From a virus (Duplodnaviria > Heunggongvirae > Uroviricota > Caudoviricetes): a stretch of 64,000 nt of DNA. Below, in pieces: positions 51,188 through 61,184 of the stretch. The notes beneath the pieces were generated by a model. That model searched no databases. It was not told the origin of the DNA and was given only the letters and a program-made list of their open reading frames with translations. Positions within the stretch are counted from its first letter, which is position 1; each line of letters begins with the position of its first letter. The stretch is taken from IMG/VR virus record IMGVR_UViG_3300025765_000001, one strand, 5' to 3'. A program made the translations under genes and the position numbers.

Positions 51188-51712
51188 CTAGAACGGAATC
51201 TCGTCATCGCTGTAATCACGAGGAGGCGGATTCCTGGCTTCATTGACTACCTCGGCAGCGTAGTCTGGTTGATCGGGAACGTCTTCGGGTTTCTGGCCCT
51301 GCACCAGCCGGTACTGTTCTTCGGTCATCTGGTTATCGGGCACCAGTGTATCGAGGACGGCAGCGTAAACATACGGGTCTAGTTTCCGCAGTTCTCGCTC
51401 CAGTCGGATTTCATGATCTGCACACCGATGCTCGGTGTAGGTGCGAATGTCGAGCGTATTTTCGGCGGCACAAAACGCACAATCCTCTCCATCGGGGTTC
51501 TGATCCCGCAGCGTGCGTTCACGTTCCACGGCGGCATTGGCGAGGGTGCCAACCAGGGCCATGAACCGATCTTCCTGCCACTGCTCTTCGGTAATGAACC
51601 CTTCGGTGCCACAGTGATAGCAGGCATCCCAGATCGGCTCGCCGTACTCTGGGTCTTCATCGCTGATTTGACGGCCATCACCATCGCACTTCGGGCACAC
51701 TCGTCTCGGCAT
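51188..51712 (-). CDS. Zn-ribbon protein with an SSB-like acidic tail (DDEIPF)
   Basis: 'CPKCDGDG...CYHCGTEG'; C-terminal DDEIPF; SD GAGG. Confidence 0.6.
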   Translation of the reverse strand: MPRRVCPKCDGDGRQISDEDPEYGEPIWDACYHCGTEGFITEEQWQEDRFMALVGTLANAAVERERTLRDQNPDGEDCAFCAAENTLDIRTYTEHRCADHEIRLERELRKLDPYVYAAVLDTLVPDNQMTEEQYRLVQGQKPEDVPDQPDYAAEVVNEARNPPPRDYSDDEIPF

Positions 51713-53834
51713 GATTTGGTCCTCGTGCGTTAGTGCCAGATCATACGCTTCGGCAGGTTGGCAAGTATGCCAACAAACATCTCGTCATTGTGCGTACACT
51801 GGCTACAGGTCGGGGCTTTGGGCTTCAAGCTAGAATCTTCGGGATGAAACACGGCGTACATCAGACTGCGTGATTTCTTGCAGGTCTTGCAGCGACCGAC
51901 CTTCTTCATGCAAAGGCCGATTTTGCCGATAACCACACCATTCTGAGTGACGTTCATGGGTTCCTCCAACTCAGCCCATTGTAGTGCTGGTCTTATCTAT
52001 GTCAAGCGACCTTACATGCCAAGGCAAAAAAGCCAGAGTCTTTGAAACCCCGGCTTGCTTGAGACTGGTTGTTGTCTAGGCTATGCCCGACTGAAGAAAA
52101 ACGGGTCCAGCCGGTTCGACAGTTCCATCCATTCGGCTTTCACATAGCCCGCTTGATGGGTTGCTCTAGTCCATAGGATCAAAAAGAGGTCTCTGGTCGA
52201 AATCTCTTCGAGCCTCGGAATCTTCGTGTTGTCGTCTGCGTGAGTCACAACATCGGGAACGGGAAGGGGGTCGGGGTGCGTGTCCGTCACATATAGTTCC
52301 CCGACCATATATGAATTACCCACCGAGATCGTGACGGACTGGTGTTTGTGACCATCATTGCCAAAGACGTGGGTACGCCCCGGCTTGCAGGCGAGCATGA
52401 GATGCGAGTCACGCATTTGCTCGGCCTCCTTGCTAGGTGTAACGAATACGGACGTTTACCTAGTTGCAAGCAATCCGTGCTAAACGTACCCGCCGCTCCA
52501 ATGCGACGGGTCATCTCCCCCAAAACATCAGAGGGTGGGCGGTGATAGCTGACTGCCACCACGGAGGATTTCGTCCATTTCCTCCAGTTCTGGCAAACCA
52601 TCTACTCGCTCTGTTACAAGCTGACCAGCCAGGGGTAGGCTAGAAGGGCCAACGTGTCGTTTGGACGGGGGAACATAGGGGTTTCCAATGCGGATTTAGA
52701 CACCATTCACAATCGGTCCTCCTGGTAAGGGGATCACGGCAACCGCCACTCGCCCTGTACCGCCAGGAAGGTTGACAGATCAACCGTGATCGGTTGGTCT
52801 GGATGCATGTACGCCGCTTCGATCTTGTGGGAATCAGACTCGGTACACGGCATCCCACGGTTGGCGTGCATCATACGCACCACGTCATCAATTGTCCCGG
52901 TATAGCTACGCAGGTCTACCCGGAATTTCAGCTTGGGCTTGGGCCAGAATAGCGTCAGGTCTGATTCTAGTTCATACAACCGAGAGACATCCATGATCTC
53001 TTCTAGCCGCTGACCAGAACAGAGCCTTGCGTGCGTCCACTTTGCTTTACGGGGCGGATTCCAGTCGTACATTCCTAGCAAGACTGGTTCCGGTAGCGAA
53101 CGCCAATGCTCCGTGTGGATGTGTTGAATGATCTTGTCCACGTCACGCTTGCGAGCAAGGAAGGCCCGGTCGTAACGCAGTAGATCGAAGAAGTTGTAGA
53201 GGCTGCCGGTGAACAGAGCAAAATTATATTGGGTGTATCCCTCAATCTTGCTCACGTCGAGTTTTTGTAAGTCCATCATTGCATCCTCTTTTCCACACGA
53301 ACGAGTATACTGCAAGAAACATCGGGTGTAAAGCTGATAAGGGAAAGAAACACGGGTTTTGCCGTTATTTCGACAAAGGCCGACCGAAAAAGACCGGGGC
53401 ACGCAAGTTGGGGGGAGCTAACAAGGCTTCGCAACATGGTTTCTACACGGCCACGGTCAGCAAATAGCTGCTGTACTATTTCCAGCCGTTTGCGTACCTT
53501 GTCCCTGTACTTCTTCTTCGGGATCATCGAACCCGACCTCTTTTGCAGCTTGAAAAATGGTCAGGCCCGCCTTACGATTGCGTGGAAATGGCCGATACCA
53601 CAGGCCCATACGACTGTAAGACCACCCTAGTTCCCACAATCGAGCCTTCGCTCGCTTCAGCCAGTCCAACGATGTCATTTTTATTCCTCTTGAGTGATGA
53701 CCGTGAAAACACCGTGGGCGAGAGTTGTTTTGCCTGATTTGCTTCGCATCGCCCGTTCTACCAAGAACGCAAGTAGCTTCGTGTGCCGTCACACAGAATC
53801 AGTATGTTGCAGAAGCCGCACCGGATGGCCTTCG

Positions 53835-54548
53835 TCATTTTTGCACCCTGTTCTTGTTGATGGTTCTCTCGTTCCACAATTGTCCTTGTTTGAATGTGAC
53901 CCGCACCATCTTGAAACGATGCGTTAGCCAGCGTCCATCGCCGACCTTGATGTACAAGCCCTCTCGCTTGGCTTTGGTGGAGTATGGTGATTCACTATTG
54001 CTCCATTCCTCAACCTCGACGTAGTTTGTCAGCGGACCTTGGTGAACCAGAGGCACGACTGCAAACCCGGCCTCGGTCAGCGATGCTCGTGCGATACCAG
54101 GATCAATATAGTGCAGGGCCTCGTAGTCGTAAAGGTCGTAGGCGATAAAAAGCGAAGGCAGTTTGTCGTACTCCATGCCGTGTTGGGCAAGCATCCACTC
54201 GCCGTAGACAGACACAGGCCCAGCCAGATCAAAGAGCTTCTTGAAGCACTTCTGATTCTGGTAGTACCAATTCCACAATGGAGCAAACTGCATTTTGGCA
54301 GCGGACGTTTTCTTGGCATTGAAGCCCTTGTGGAGAATATAACTCCGGTTTCGCACGATAGGATGGCCGTTGACTAGAGCGATACCACAGTTGGCCCCAT
54401 CTACCTTCTCTTCTACAAAGACACGAGGAGCGGTGAATAGAATCTCCGCATCGGCCTTATCAGAGATAGGGTCATCGTCCGTGGCATTCGGGTTCCACGG
54501 CAAGTGCCTTGTCCGTGGAAACTCTGGTAGATAATCGCTCTCAATCAT
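53835..54548 (-). CDS. RNA ligase (Rnl2-like nucleotidyltransferase domain)
   Basis: Motif I 'EEKVDGAN', 'YGEW', 'FIAYD', motif IV 'EGLYIK', motif V 'RFKMV'. Confidence 0.85.
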   Translation of the reverse strand: MIESDYLPEFPRTRHLPWNPNATDDDPISDKADAEILFTAPRVFVEEKVDGANCGIALVNGHPIVRNRSYILHKGFNAKKTSAAKMQFAPLWNWYYQNQKCFKKLFDLAGPVSVYGEWMLAQHGMEYDKLPSLFIAYDLYDYEALHYIDPGIARASLTEAGFAVVPLVHQGPLTNYVEVEEWSNSESPYSTKAKREGLYIKVGDGRWLTHRFKMVRVTFKQGQLWNERTINKNRVQK

Positions 54549-54792
54549 TTTTGGCTTTAGCTATATCTTGTTAGCTGCCGTAGCGTAGGAGTTTTTTCTA
54601 CTGTGTCAGTAAACGTCGATCTCAACCTCGGTGTGGGCACGGATGTACCGCTTGTAGGTCTTGCCCTTGTGGGTGCGGGTGATGCACACATTGCGGCGGT
54701 CGCCGTTCATGTGGGCACCAGTCCAAAGCACCTTGCTCCCTTGACGTGGAAGCTCTTGAACTTGGTTTCGGGCCTGAGTAATTCGTGAGCCT

Positions 54793-55395
54793 TCATGGTT
54801 TCCTCTTAGTGAATGTAGACAGTAGGCCATGCTGCGGATTCTTCTTCTTGCCCTCGATGATGCCCTTGCACACCACACCTTCTAGCGTGACCGGATACCG
54901 GCTTTCCTTGATGTCATCTACAAACTGCGGGCCAAAGCGTCCTTCATAGATCACCTTCGGTATCTTCAGGTGCCTGAAGTTGTTTAGAAACTCTCTGGGC
55001 AACACGAAGCCACGTTTGTGTATGTTGACATCGAATAGCACCAGTTCTTTTGGCTCTGGTGTCACGCAGTTGGGATCGAAGAAGTCATGCCAACCAGCGA
55101 AAGAGGATGGTCCGAAGAATTCACAAAATGCAATGCATTCGGTTACTCCCCGGTAGTCCTTGTTATCTCGGATGACCTTTTCGATGCCTTCGGCATAGGT
55201 CTGTTTGAATAGCTCGATGGCACAGCCGTACTCCGGGTTTGAGGCATCGAACAATCTAGTCCTGGTGCCGAATATGTGCCAGCCTTTCTTTCTCTGCCAG
55301 CCGAACCGTAGATTGCTTCCATCTAGCTTGTCGAAAGCGATCATCGGTAGGCGAGGGGCCTTGCTAGGCCCTGGTATCTACCAATACGTTTTCAT
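54793..55395 (-). pseudogene. Second RNA-ligase-family gene, disrupted
   Basis: 'FDKLDGSN', 'FCEFFG', 'LFDV', 'EGVVCK'; in-frame TAG at 55378-55380 after ATG 55395; motif V and C-terminus missing. Confidence 0.7.
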
Positions 55396-56445
55396 TCAAT
55401 CCTCAATCATATCCAATCGAGGACTTGAGGCCACGTCGCCGTACCTCATTCTTGATCTGTTCGTCACTGGCCCGCTTGAGAGCAGTGGCGATCAAAGTGC
55501 GTTCCTTGTCCGCCGTCAGTCTCTCGGCCTCGGCTCGGACCCCTTGCACGTTCAGCTTGGCGACGATCCGTTGTGGGGCTTTGCCTGCCGTCCAATTGAA
55601 CAAGGCCGACCGAGTACACCGTGATTCATGCTCAGGGTGACGGCATCGCCAGTCGCCGGTCCTGAGAGTCAGCGTATAAGTGCGATACCGCACACTATCG
55701 TATTCGGGAACGAGAGCCGTGATCTCCCGAACTGTTTGTTTGTTCTCGCTGAGATAAAATTCCCCGATGGTAACTTCCCGACGCCTGCTCATTGTGCTCT
55801 CCGTATCGAAGTTCGATGGATGTAGTAAGTGGCGTTTCTTGACCCTCGATTCTCCAATCTTTATGCACCCTGAACACCACGACGCTTTGGCAGCCACACA
55901 AGCCGAACGTCAGAGCCAACAAAATCCTTTTCATGGTACCACCGTTTTAAGAATCAGGCCCACCGTAGGCCATACAGTCAGAGTATCGGTTCCATCACTA
56001 CTCCGACTTGACTCATTTTCCCTTCACTTTCAAGTCCCAATAGATTTGGGTTGAGATATTTACATCCTCGAACCCCTTGGGACGCTTCTTTCTGTAGTTG
56101 AGCCGGAACACGGAGGCATCGGCCATGAACTGAGCCAGGGCCTCGATCTCCTCATGGGTGAGCGGCTTGTCACGGTTGAGATGGACTTTGACCGTCGCTT
56201 CAAGCTCGATCACTTTAGTCTTCAATTTGAACTGGAGCCGCTTCCACTCTTCTCTCACCACAGAGAGAGAAGCATACAATGTAGCTTCTCCCGCATGATG
56301 AGTCCAGACCTTTGTATGGTCGTTCCACCACGTTCCATTCTCGCACTTGATGGCGTAGCGTGGAAAGTCGGGATTGCCAATTTGCTTGACGTAGAGTTTC
56401 ATGTTACAATCCCTTTCTGTTGGTGGTTGTGATTCTGACAATTGA

Positions 56446-57489
56446 TTAGGCGATCATCCTTTCGACTTCCTTGCCGTCGCCCTCCTCCTCGCCTTCTTCG
56501 CCGACCTTGGCCGGTGTTACCTTGTCGCCACGTCCGCTGAAGTTCAGCAGGAAATCGGTAGCCGTACTTGCTAGCGTCGATGCCTTGAAGATGAAGGCGT
56601 TGTCGTTACTCATCTTCGACAACCACTCGGCCAGATACCGAGTGTGGTTGTCCAGGTTCTCAGACTGCGGCAGATGAAGCTCGGCTGCCATGTAGCAGGC
56701 CGTAATCTCGGCCACTAACTCGCACATTGCATAGCCCAGCGTCTCACGGTCAATCGAGATACGAACCTCGCTCCAGTGGGCAAGCTCATGAAACTCGGTG
56801 TCATAGAATTCGCCTTCATCGGCGAAGTTGCCCTTGGGCGGCATCTGGATATAGTCGCCGCCCTTATGCTTCGGCCACTTGCCGCCAGTCGGCAACTTGT
56901 AGCACGCCCGGTCGCCGCCGAACACGATCTTGGCACCAGTAGCCTCCACGACTTTCTGAGCAACCGAGAAGTCAGGGCTGACCTTGATCTTGGTGTCCGC
57001 CATTGGACCGGGGCGGAACTTGTCTAGATTCTCGCCCTCGACCTGATCCAGATTGAACACCGTGTACGTCCGCATCAGCGGAATCTTTTTGACCTTCGGT
57101 TTGCCGTCCTTGGTCTTGGCATCCTTGTCAACGACTTCTAAGAACTTCCAGTAAACGATATGTGTTCCCCACTGGCCCGAAGACACGTCGGCAGGCCGCT
57201 TCTTGACCTGACCGTCCAGGGCTTCCCACTGGCGGTAGGTTGCCCACCACTGGCTGCGGAAGCCGTAGAATTCAGATGCTAGTTCCAGAAGCAGCGGGTT
57301 GATGCCCCTGTACTTTTTCTTGCTCACGATGTTGCGAGGCAAACCACAGTTGGGGTCTGACCGCCAGGGCCGCACCCAGGGCCGCTTACCTTCCTTCAAG
57401 GCGTCGTTGATCTTCTTGGTGATGGCGGTGCGGATTTCCTCGGTCCACTGCCGACTATTGCCCCCGCCGCTCTTCTTGGCTTTCGCCAT
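56446..57489 (-). CDS. ardC: ArdC-family antirestriction/ssDNA-binding protein with zincin-like domain
   Basis: 'PWVRPW', 'YRGIN..LL', 'WATYRQW', 'VFNLDQ', 'HELAHW', 'YA..ELVAE', 'YL..W'. Confidence 0.88.
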   Translation of the reverse strand: MAKAKKSGGGNSRQWTEEIRTAITKKINDALKEGKRPWVRPWRSDPNCGLPRNIVSKKKYRGINPLLLELASEFYGFRSQWWATYRQWEALDGQVKKRPADVSSGQWGTHIVYWKFLEVVDKDAKTKDGKPKVKKIPLMRTYTVFNLDQVEGENLDKFRPGPMADTKIKVSPDFSVAQKVVEATGAKIVFGGDRACYKLPTGGKWPKHKGGDYIQMPPKGNFADEGEFYDTEFHELAHWSEVRISIDRETLGYAMCELVAEITACYMAAELHLPQSENLDNHTRYLAEWLSKMSNDNAFIFKASTLASTATDFLLNFSGRGDKVTPAKVGEEGEEEGDGKEVERMIA

Positions 57490-57502
57490 GATGGTTCTCC
57501 TT

Positions 57503-58708
57503 TCAGGCAACGAGGGCCGCATCGCTATAGCGAATACCACGCTTTTGTAGCTCTGCGGCACCGGACATAGTTAGAGTATAGCCCTTGCCAGCCTTGATCT
57601 TCACCAATGGCTCAAGCTGGTCAGGCAGCTTCATCACCAGAGGCGACATGACCTCTAGCAATTCGTTCTCATCTTCACAGCCAGTAACATCGATCATGCG
57701 GGCCTTGCTCACCGGCCCCAGGGCCAGTGCCTTCAGCACGTTAACTCGCTGGAGGGTCATGCCGTGTTCGTCAATCTCCCATTCCCGCCGAATCGTTTCG
57801 CAAGCCGTCTCCCAAGAGACCTGGGACTGTTCAACTTCATCAGAAACGTCCTCGGCGAAGTCCACAACCTCACGAGGAATGCGACCGGCGATTTCGGCGA
57901 TACGCTCGCAGATGTCATCCGGCACCAAAGGCAGGTGGACCTTAATGATGTCGGCAATCTCATCTGCGGAATACGGGTGCAGGCTGATCTTGGTGAATCG
58001 AGTCTTGAACGGGCCGAACAGCCTGCTACGGTGCGTAGTGGCAATCATCCAACACACGTTCGAGCAATCCACCGTCCAACCAGCTTCCGTTACCAGCGTG
58101 CGGTCCTTCTTCTCGGTCGCCTTTAGCAAAGCGTTCACGATGCCGTCACGCAGGGCGTGAACCTCATCCAGCAGCACGATGCACGGCGGCAGAATGACAT
58201 GCCCCGGTTTCGGCGGAATGATGCCCAGGGTCACAGTCTGGTCGCCAACCTTGACCTCGAATTCATCAAGGACTCGCCCAATATACACCAACAGGTCGTT
58301 GCACGACTCGATGGAGCGAGGGTGAACCTCGATGAAAGGCAGACCCAGGCCCTTTGCACGAGCCTTGCCAACGCTGGTCTTGCCAACGCTAGACGGACCA
58401 AGCAATGCCACGTTCTTGAACGCAGCAGAATGATTGCGGTTCTTCAAAGCCCGGCGATCTAGCCGCTGGAGCCGCCGCTTTGCATTCTCATTGCCAATGA
58501 TCCATGAATACATGCGGCGGGCATGGACAGTACGCTCTTCCAGGCTCGGCGACTCGCCGATAAAGAAGATGCGTTCACGCTGCTTGATCTCACCGACATG
58601 GTAAGCCGGTTCCTGCTCCATCAGCTTCTTGGCCTTCTCTACTGCCTTGAGCGGAGTCTGGTCCAAGTAGTGCTTCAGGTACAGCAGAATAGTTTTGGCA
58701 TTGATCAC
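57503..58708 (-). CDS. ruvB: RuvB-like Holliday junction branch-migration ATPase
   Basis: 'LLGPSSVGKT', 'LLDEVH', 'ATT', 'RF', 'YS..E', 'GRIPR', C-terminal winged helix 'E..L...G..LT'. Confidence 0.75.
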   Translation of the reverse strand: MINAKTILLYLKHYLDQTPLKAVEKAKKLMEQEPAYHVGEIKQRERIFFIGESPSLEERTVHARRMYSWIIGNENAKRRLQRLDRRALKNRNHSAAFKNVALLGPSSVGKTSVGKARAKGLGLPFIEVHPRSIESCNDLLVYIGRVLDEFEVKVGDQTVTLGIIPPKPGHVILPPCIVLLDEVHALRDGIVNALLKATEKKDRTLVTEAGWTVDCSNVCWMIATTHRSRLFGPFKTRFTKISLHPYSADEIADIIKVHLPLVPDDICERIAEIAGRIPREVVDFAEDVSDEVEQSQVSWETACETIRREWEIDEHGMTLQRVNVLKALALGPVSKARMIDVTGCEDENELLEVMSPLVMKLPDQLEPLVKIKAGKGYTLTMSGAAELQKRGIRYSDAALVA

Positions 58709-58808
58709 TGTTGGTTCTCCTGCTCGCTCTCAAAGTAGCCTACCCCCCCCCCATGTACTACCTAACTCTTTAGGTTTTTCAAAATAATTTTCACATTGTT
58801 GATAATGA

Positions 58809-58841
58809 TATGGACCGGTCCATACTATGGACCGGTCCATA
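58809..58841. promoter_or_regulatory. Two tandem perfect 16-bp palindromes TATGGACCGGTCCATA (operator or parS-like)
   Basis: Copies at 58809-58824 and 58826-58841; promoter TTGACA-N16-TATAAT at 58864-58891 on the minus strand. Confidence 0.7.
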
Positions 58842-58913
58842 TCACACAAGCCCAGTAACCAGTATTATAGGCCGCTGGGCATAGATGTCAAGTCAGTTTA
58901 CCTCGGTCCAGGG

Positions 58914-59879
58914 TTACACCAGCACCAATTCCGGGTCGTAGGCAGCCTTCAGCCGCTCACGAATCCGCACGGCGATCTGGTGGGCACGCTGGCGGGTGAC
59001 GCCGTGACTGTTGGCAACCTCGGTCAGATTGCCGTCATTGAGCAGGCAGTTGTAGATGTCGATCTCGAACTGTGTTTTGAGACCACGGCGAACGGTCTTC
59101 AGAGCGTTCTGCAAGTCCAGGTCGGGCATGTAGCTGTCCTCGGACACCAGCGAGGCCAGGGCCAGTTCATCGCCGTCGTCGTTGCCGGACTCCAGGGCAG
59201 ATTCATTGAGGACACGAACCATCAGGTCGTTGAGGATGGACGCCTGCTGAGGCGAGAGGCCCATCTTGGCGACAACCTGCTCGAACGTCACCGGCCCGTT
59301 GAACTGGTTCTTGGCTGCTTCGTAGGCCATGACCATCTTGCGGGCACGAGTAGACCAGTGCGACAGCGGCTTGCCCTTGTTAGCGGCAAGGGTCAACTCA
59401 CGGTAGATGACCCACTGGCTGTAGGTGGAGAACTGCTTGTCAGGCTCGGTGTAGTAGTAGATGGCGTTGGTCAGAGCCACGATGCCTTCATTGTAGAAGT
59501 CGCCGAATTCCATCTTGGTGCTGGACCGCTCATGCCGCCATATGGAATTGGCAATCTTGGCGATGATGCCGGTGTAGCCGCAGAGCAGCTTGTACTCGAT
59601 GTCACGGATGGCCTGGATGCTCGCCAAGTCACGCTTGGGCACCAGGAAGCCGAAGATGTTGACGGACTGCCCTGGGGTCTCGTCCATCTTGGCGAAGAGG
59701 GCGATGCGAAAGTCACGCCGACTGTACTCGGCACCCTTGACGAGCTTGGCTTTCTCGTGATGCCGGGCCAGAATGTTGTTGCCAGCCGCCATGATAGCCT
59801 GGGTCTCGGCTTTCTCCTTGGCGGACAACTCGATGAAGGGCAGCTTTACGATGTCATCAATCACGGTTTGGTCCTCCAA
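58914..59879 (-). CDS. sigma70-family RNA polymerase sigma factor
   Basis: Region 2 'DFYNEGIVAL..AI..Y...FSTY..W.I'; region 4 HTH 'LTEVANSHGVTRQRAHQI..R'. Confidence 0.85.
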   Translation of the reverse strand: MEDQTVIDDIVKLPFIELSAKEKAETQAIMAAGNNILARHHEKAKLVKGAEYSRRDFRIALFAKMDETPGQSVNIFGFLVPKRDLASIQAIRDIEYKLLCGYTGIIAKIANSIWRHERSSTKMEFGDFYNEGIVALTNAIYYYTEPDKQFSTYSQWVIYRELTLAANKGKPLSHWSTRARKMVMAYEAAKNQFNGPVTFEQVVAKMGLSPQQASILNDLMVRVLNESALESGNDDGDELALASLVSEDSYMPDLDLQNALKTVRRGLKTQFEIDIYNCLLNDGNLTEVANSHGVTRQRAHQIAVRIRERLKAAYDPELVLV

Positions 59880-59952
59880 AAACCTTAGTGTTCGGTGGTG
59901 TCGGCCTTTCCTGTACCGGGCAACTTCTCGTCTGAAACTGCTCAGTTTCAGG

Positions 59953-59992
59953 AAGGCCCACCGGCCCGCTAGGGCCGGTGGGCCGCTCTTCC
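59953..59992. terminator. GC-rich hairpin between the parB-like and sigma genes
   Basis: GGCCCACCGGCCC-GCTA-GGGCCGGTGGGCC. Confidence 0.55.
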
Positions 59993-60024
59993 TCTGTATG
60001 CCACAACTCCGTTCATGAAACTGC

Positions 60025-61089
60025 TCAGCTTGCGTGGGCGTGACGAAAGCCCTTGTCGGCCTTTGCAGCCTCGGCCACTTCCTTCGCAGCCACGGCTTCC
60101 AATCGGACCTTCGACTCCTTCTCTGCCAACTCCAGACTGATCCCCATGACTTCCGCCAGTGTCCGACGACGCTCGTAGGCGGACTTCGGCGTGGTGTCGA
60201 ATAGGGTCTCGACTTCCTTAAGGGTCATGACACGACGCCGGTTCTTCTTCCGACGCTTGACAGCCTTCTTCTGTTCCTCGCCGTCGTCCTCACCCAGCCC
60301 CTTGCGGTTCTTGATCCGCAAGCCCTTGTGCCACGCATCGGTCAGGTTGGTTTCCTTGCGGTCAACCTGCCGCTGCTCTTCGACCGTCAGATACGTTAGA
60401 GCCTCACGAGTCCGAACGTACTGGTAGTCGTAGCCGAGATCGGCAGCCAAGTCTTTGAGGGTATAGGGCTTCTTGTCGTCCTTCGTCAAGGTTTCGCCTG
60501 CCTCGGCCCGCTGCTTCCGACGCTCATGCTTGCGGCGGAAGAAATGACCCACTTCCGTCTCGGTCATTTCCTTCCGCTGATCGTTCTCGGCGAAAGCGTA
60601 ATCCTCGGCCTCTTCCACAATGCATTTGATGGACACAGCACCGATGTTGGCCGGGTCGCCATACTTAGCGTGATTGTAGCAGGCGGCGATGACACGACGC
60701 TCGCCGCAGATCACGCCCTGGCGGGTGATATACTCGCCGTCGTCGGTGCCCCTGGCCTTGACCCGGAAATTGCGGAGCAGAATCGGCTCGATCTCACGGA
60801 CACGGCGGGACGCCGCCAGTTCCACGATGCCCTTCTCGTAGCTCTCGAACTGTTCGACCAGTTCACAGAACGTGGCCTTGGCGGTGTCGTCGCCCAAGGC
60901 GTACTCGTAGCAAAACTCCAGCAACGTCATCCCGCCCATGTTGGCGGCGAGATGGTCCTGCAAGTCGGGGCACGGTCGGCGAGGGTTGTGTGACGTGGTA
61001 ATGTCACCCAACTCGATGCGGGCGATCACCTGCTCGCCCTTGTTGAACTGCACGATCCTGGGGTCACGCTTCGAGGTAGCAGTCGTCAT
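60025..61089 (-). CDS. ParB/Spo0J-like protein (ParB-N + HTH)
   Basis: 'NPR', 'IEPILL', Arg patch 'GERR', 'AEN.QRKEMTETE', HTH 'LKDLAADLGYDYQYVR'. Confidence 0.75.
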   Translation of the reverse strand: MTTATSKRDPRIVQFNKGEQVIARIELGDITTSHNPRRPCPDLQDHLAANMGGMTLLEFCYEYALGDDTAKATFCELVEQFESYEKGIVELAASRRVREIEPILLRNFRVKARGTDDGEYITRQGVICGERRVIAACYNHAKYGDPANIGAVSIKCIVEEAEDYAFAENDQRKEMTETEVGHFFRRKHERRKQRAEAGETLTKDDKKPYTLKDLAADLGYDYQYVRTREALTYLTVEEQRQVDRKETNLTDAWHKGLRIKNRKGLGEDDGEEQKKAVKRRKKNRRRVMTLKEVETLFDTTPKSAYERRRTLAEVMGISLELAEKESKVRLEAVAAKEVAEAAKADKGFRHAHAS

Positions 61090-61184
61090 GGGTTTAAGCT
61101 CCTTTCCACAGAGTCATCGGTTTCGGGACCAGCCCAGGGGCCGTGCGAATGACCCCTGGGCATCGTTGTATGACACAGCACCCC

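Noticed and set aside
940-55380. Stop-codon reassignment (e.g. TAG=Gln) as the explanation for in-frame stops
   Set aside because: The interruptions include TAA, TAG, frameshifts and deletions. TAG also cleanly ends intact genes (e.g. 1872-1874, followed by an SD and the next ATG).
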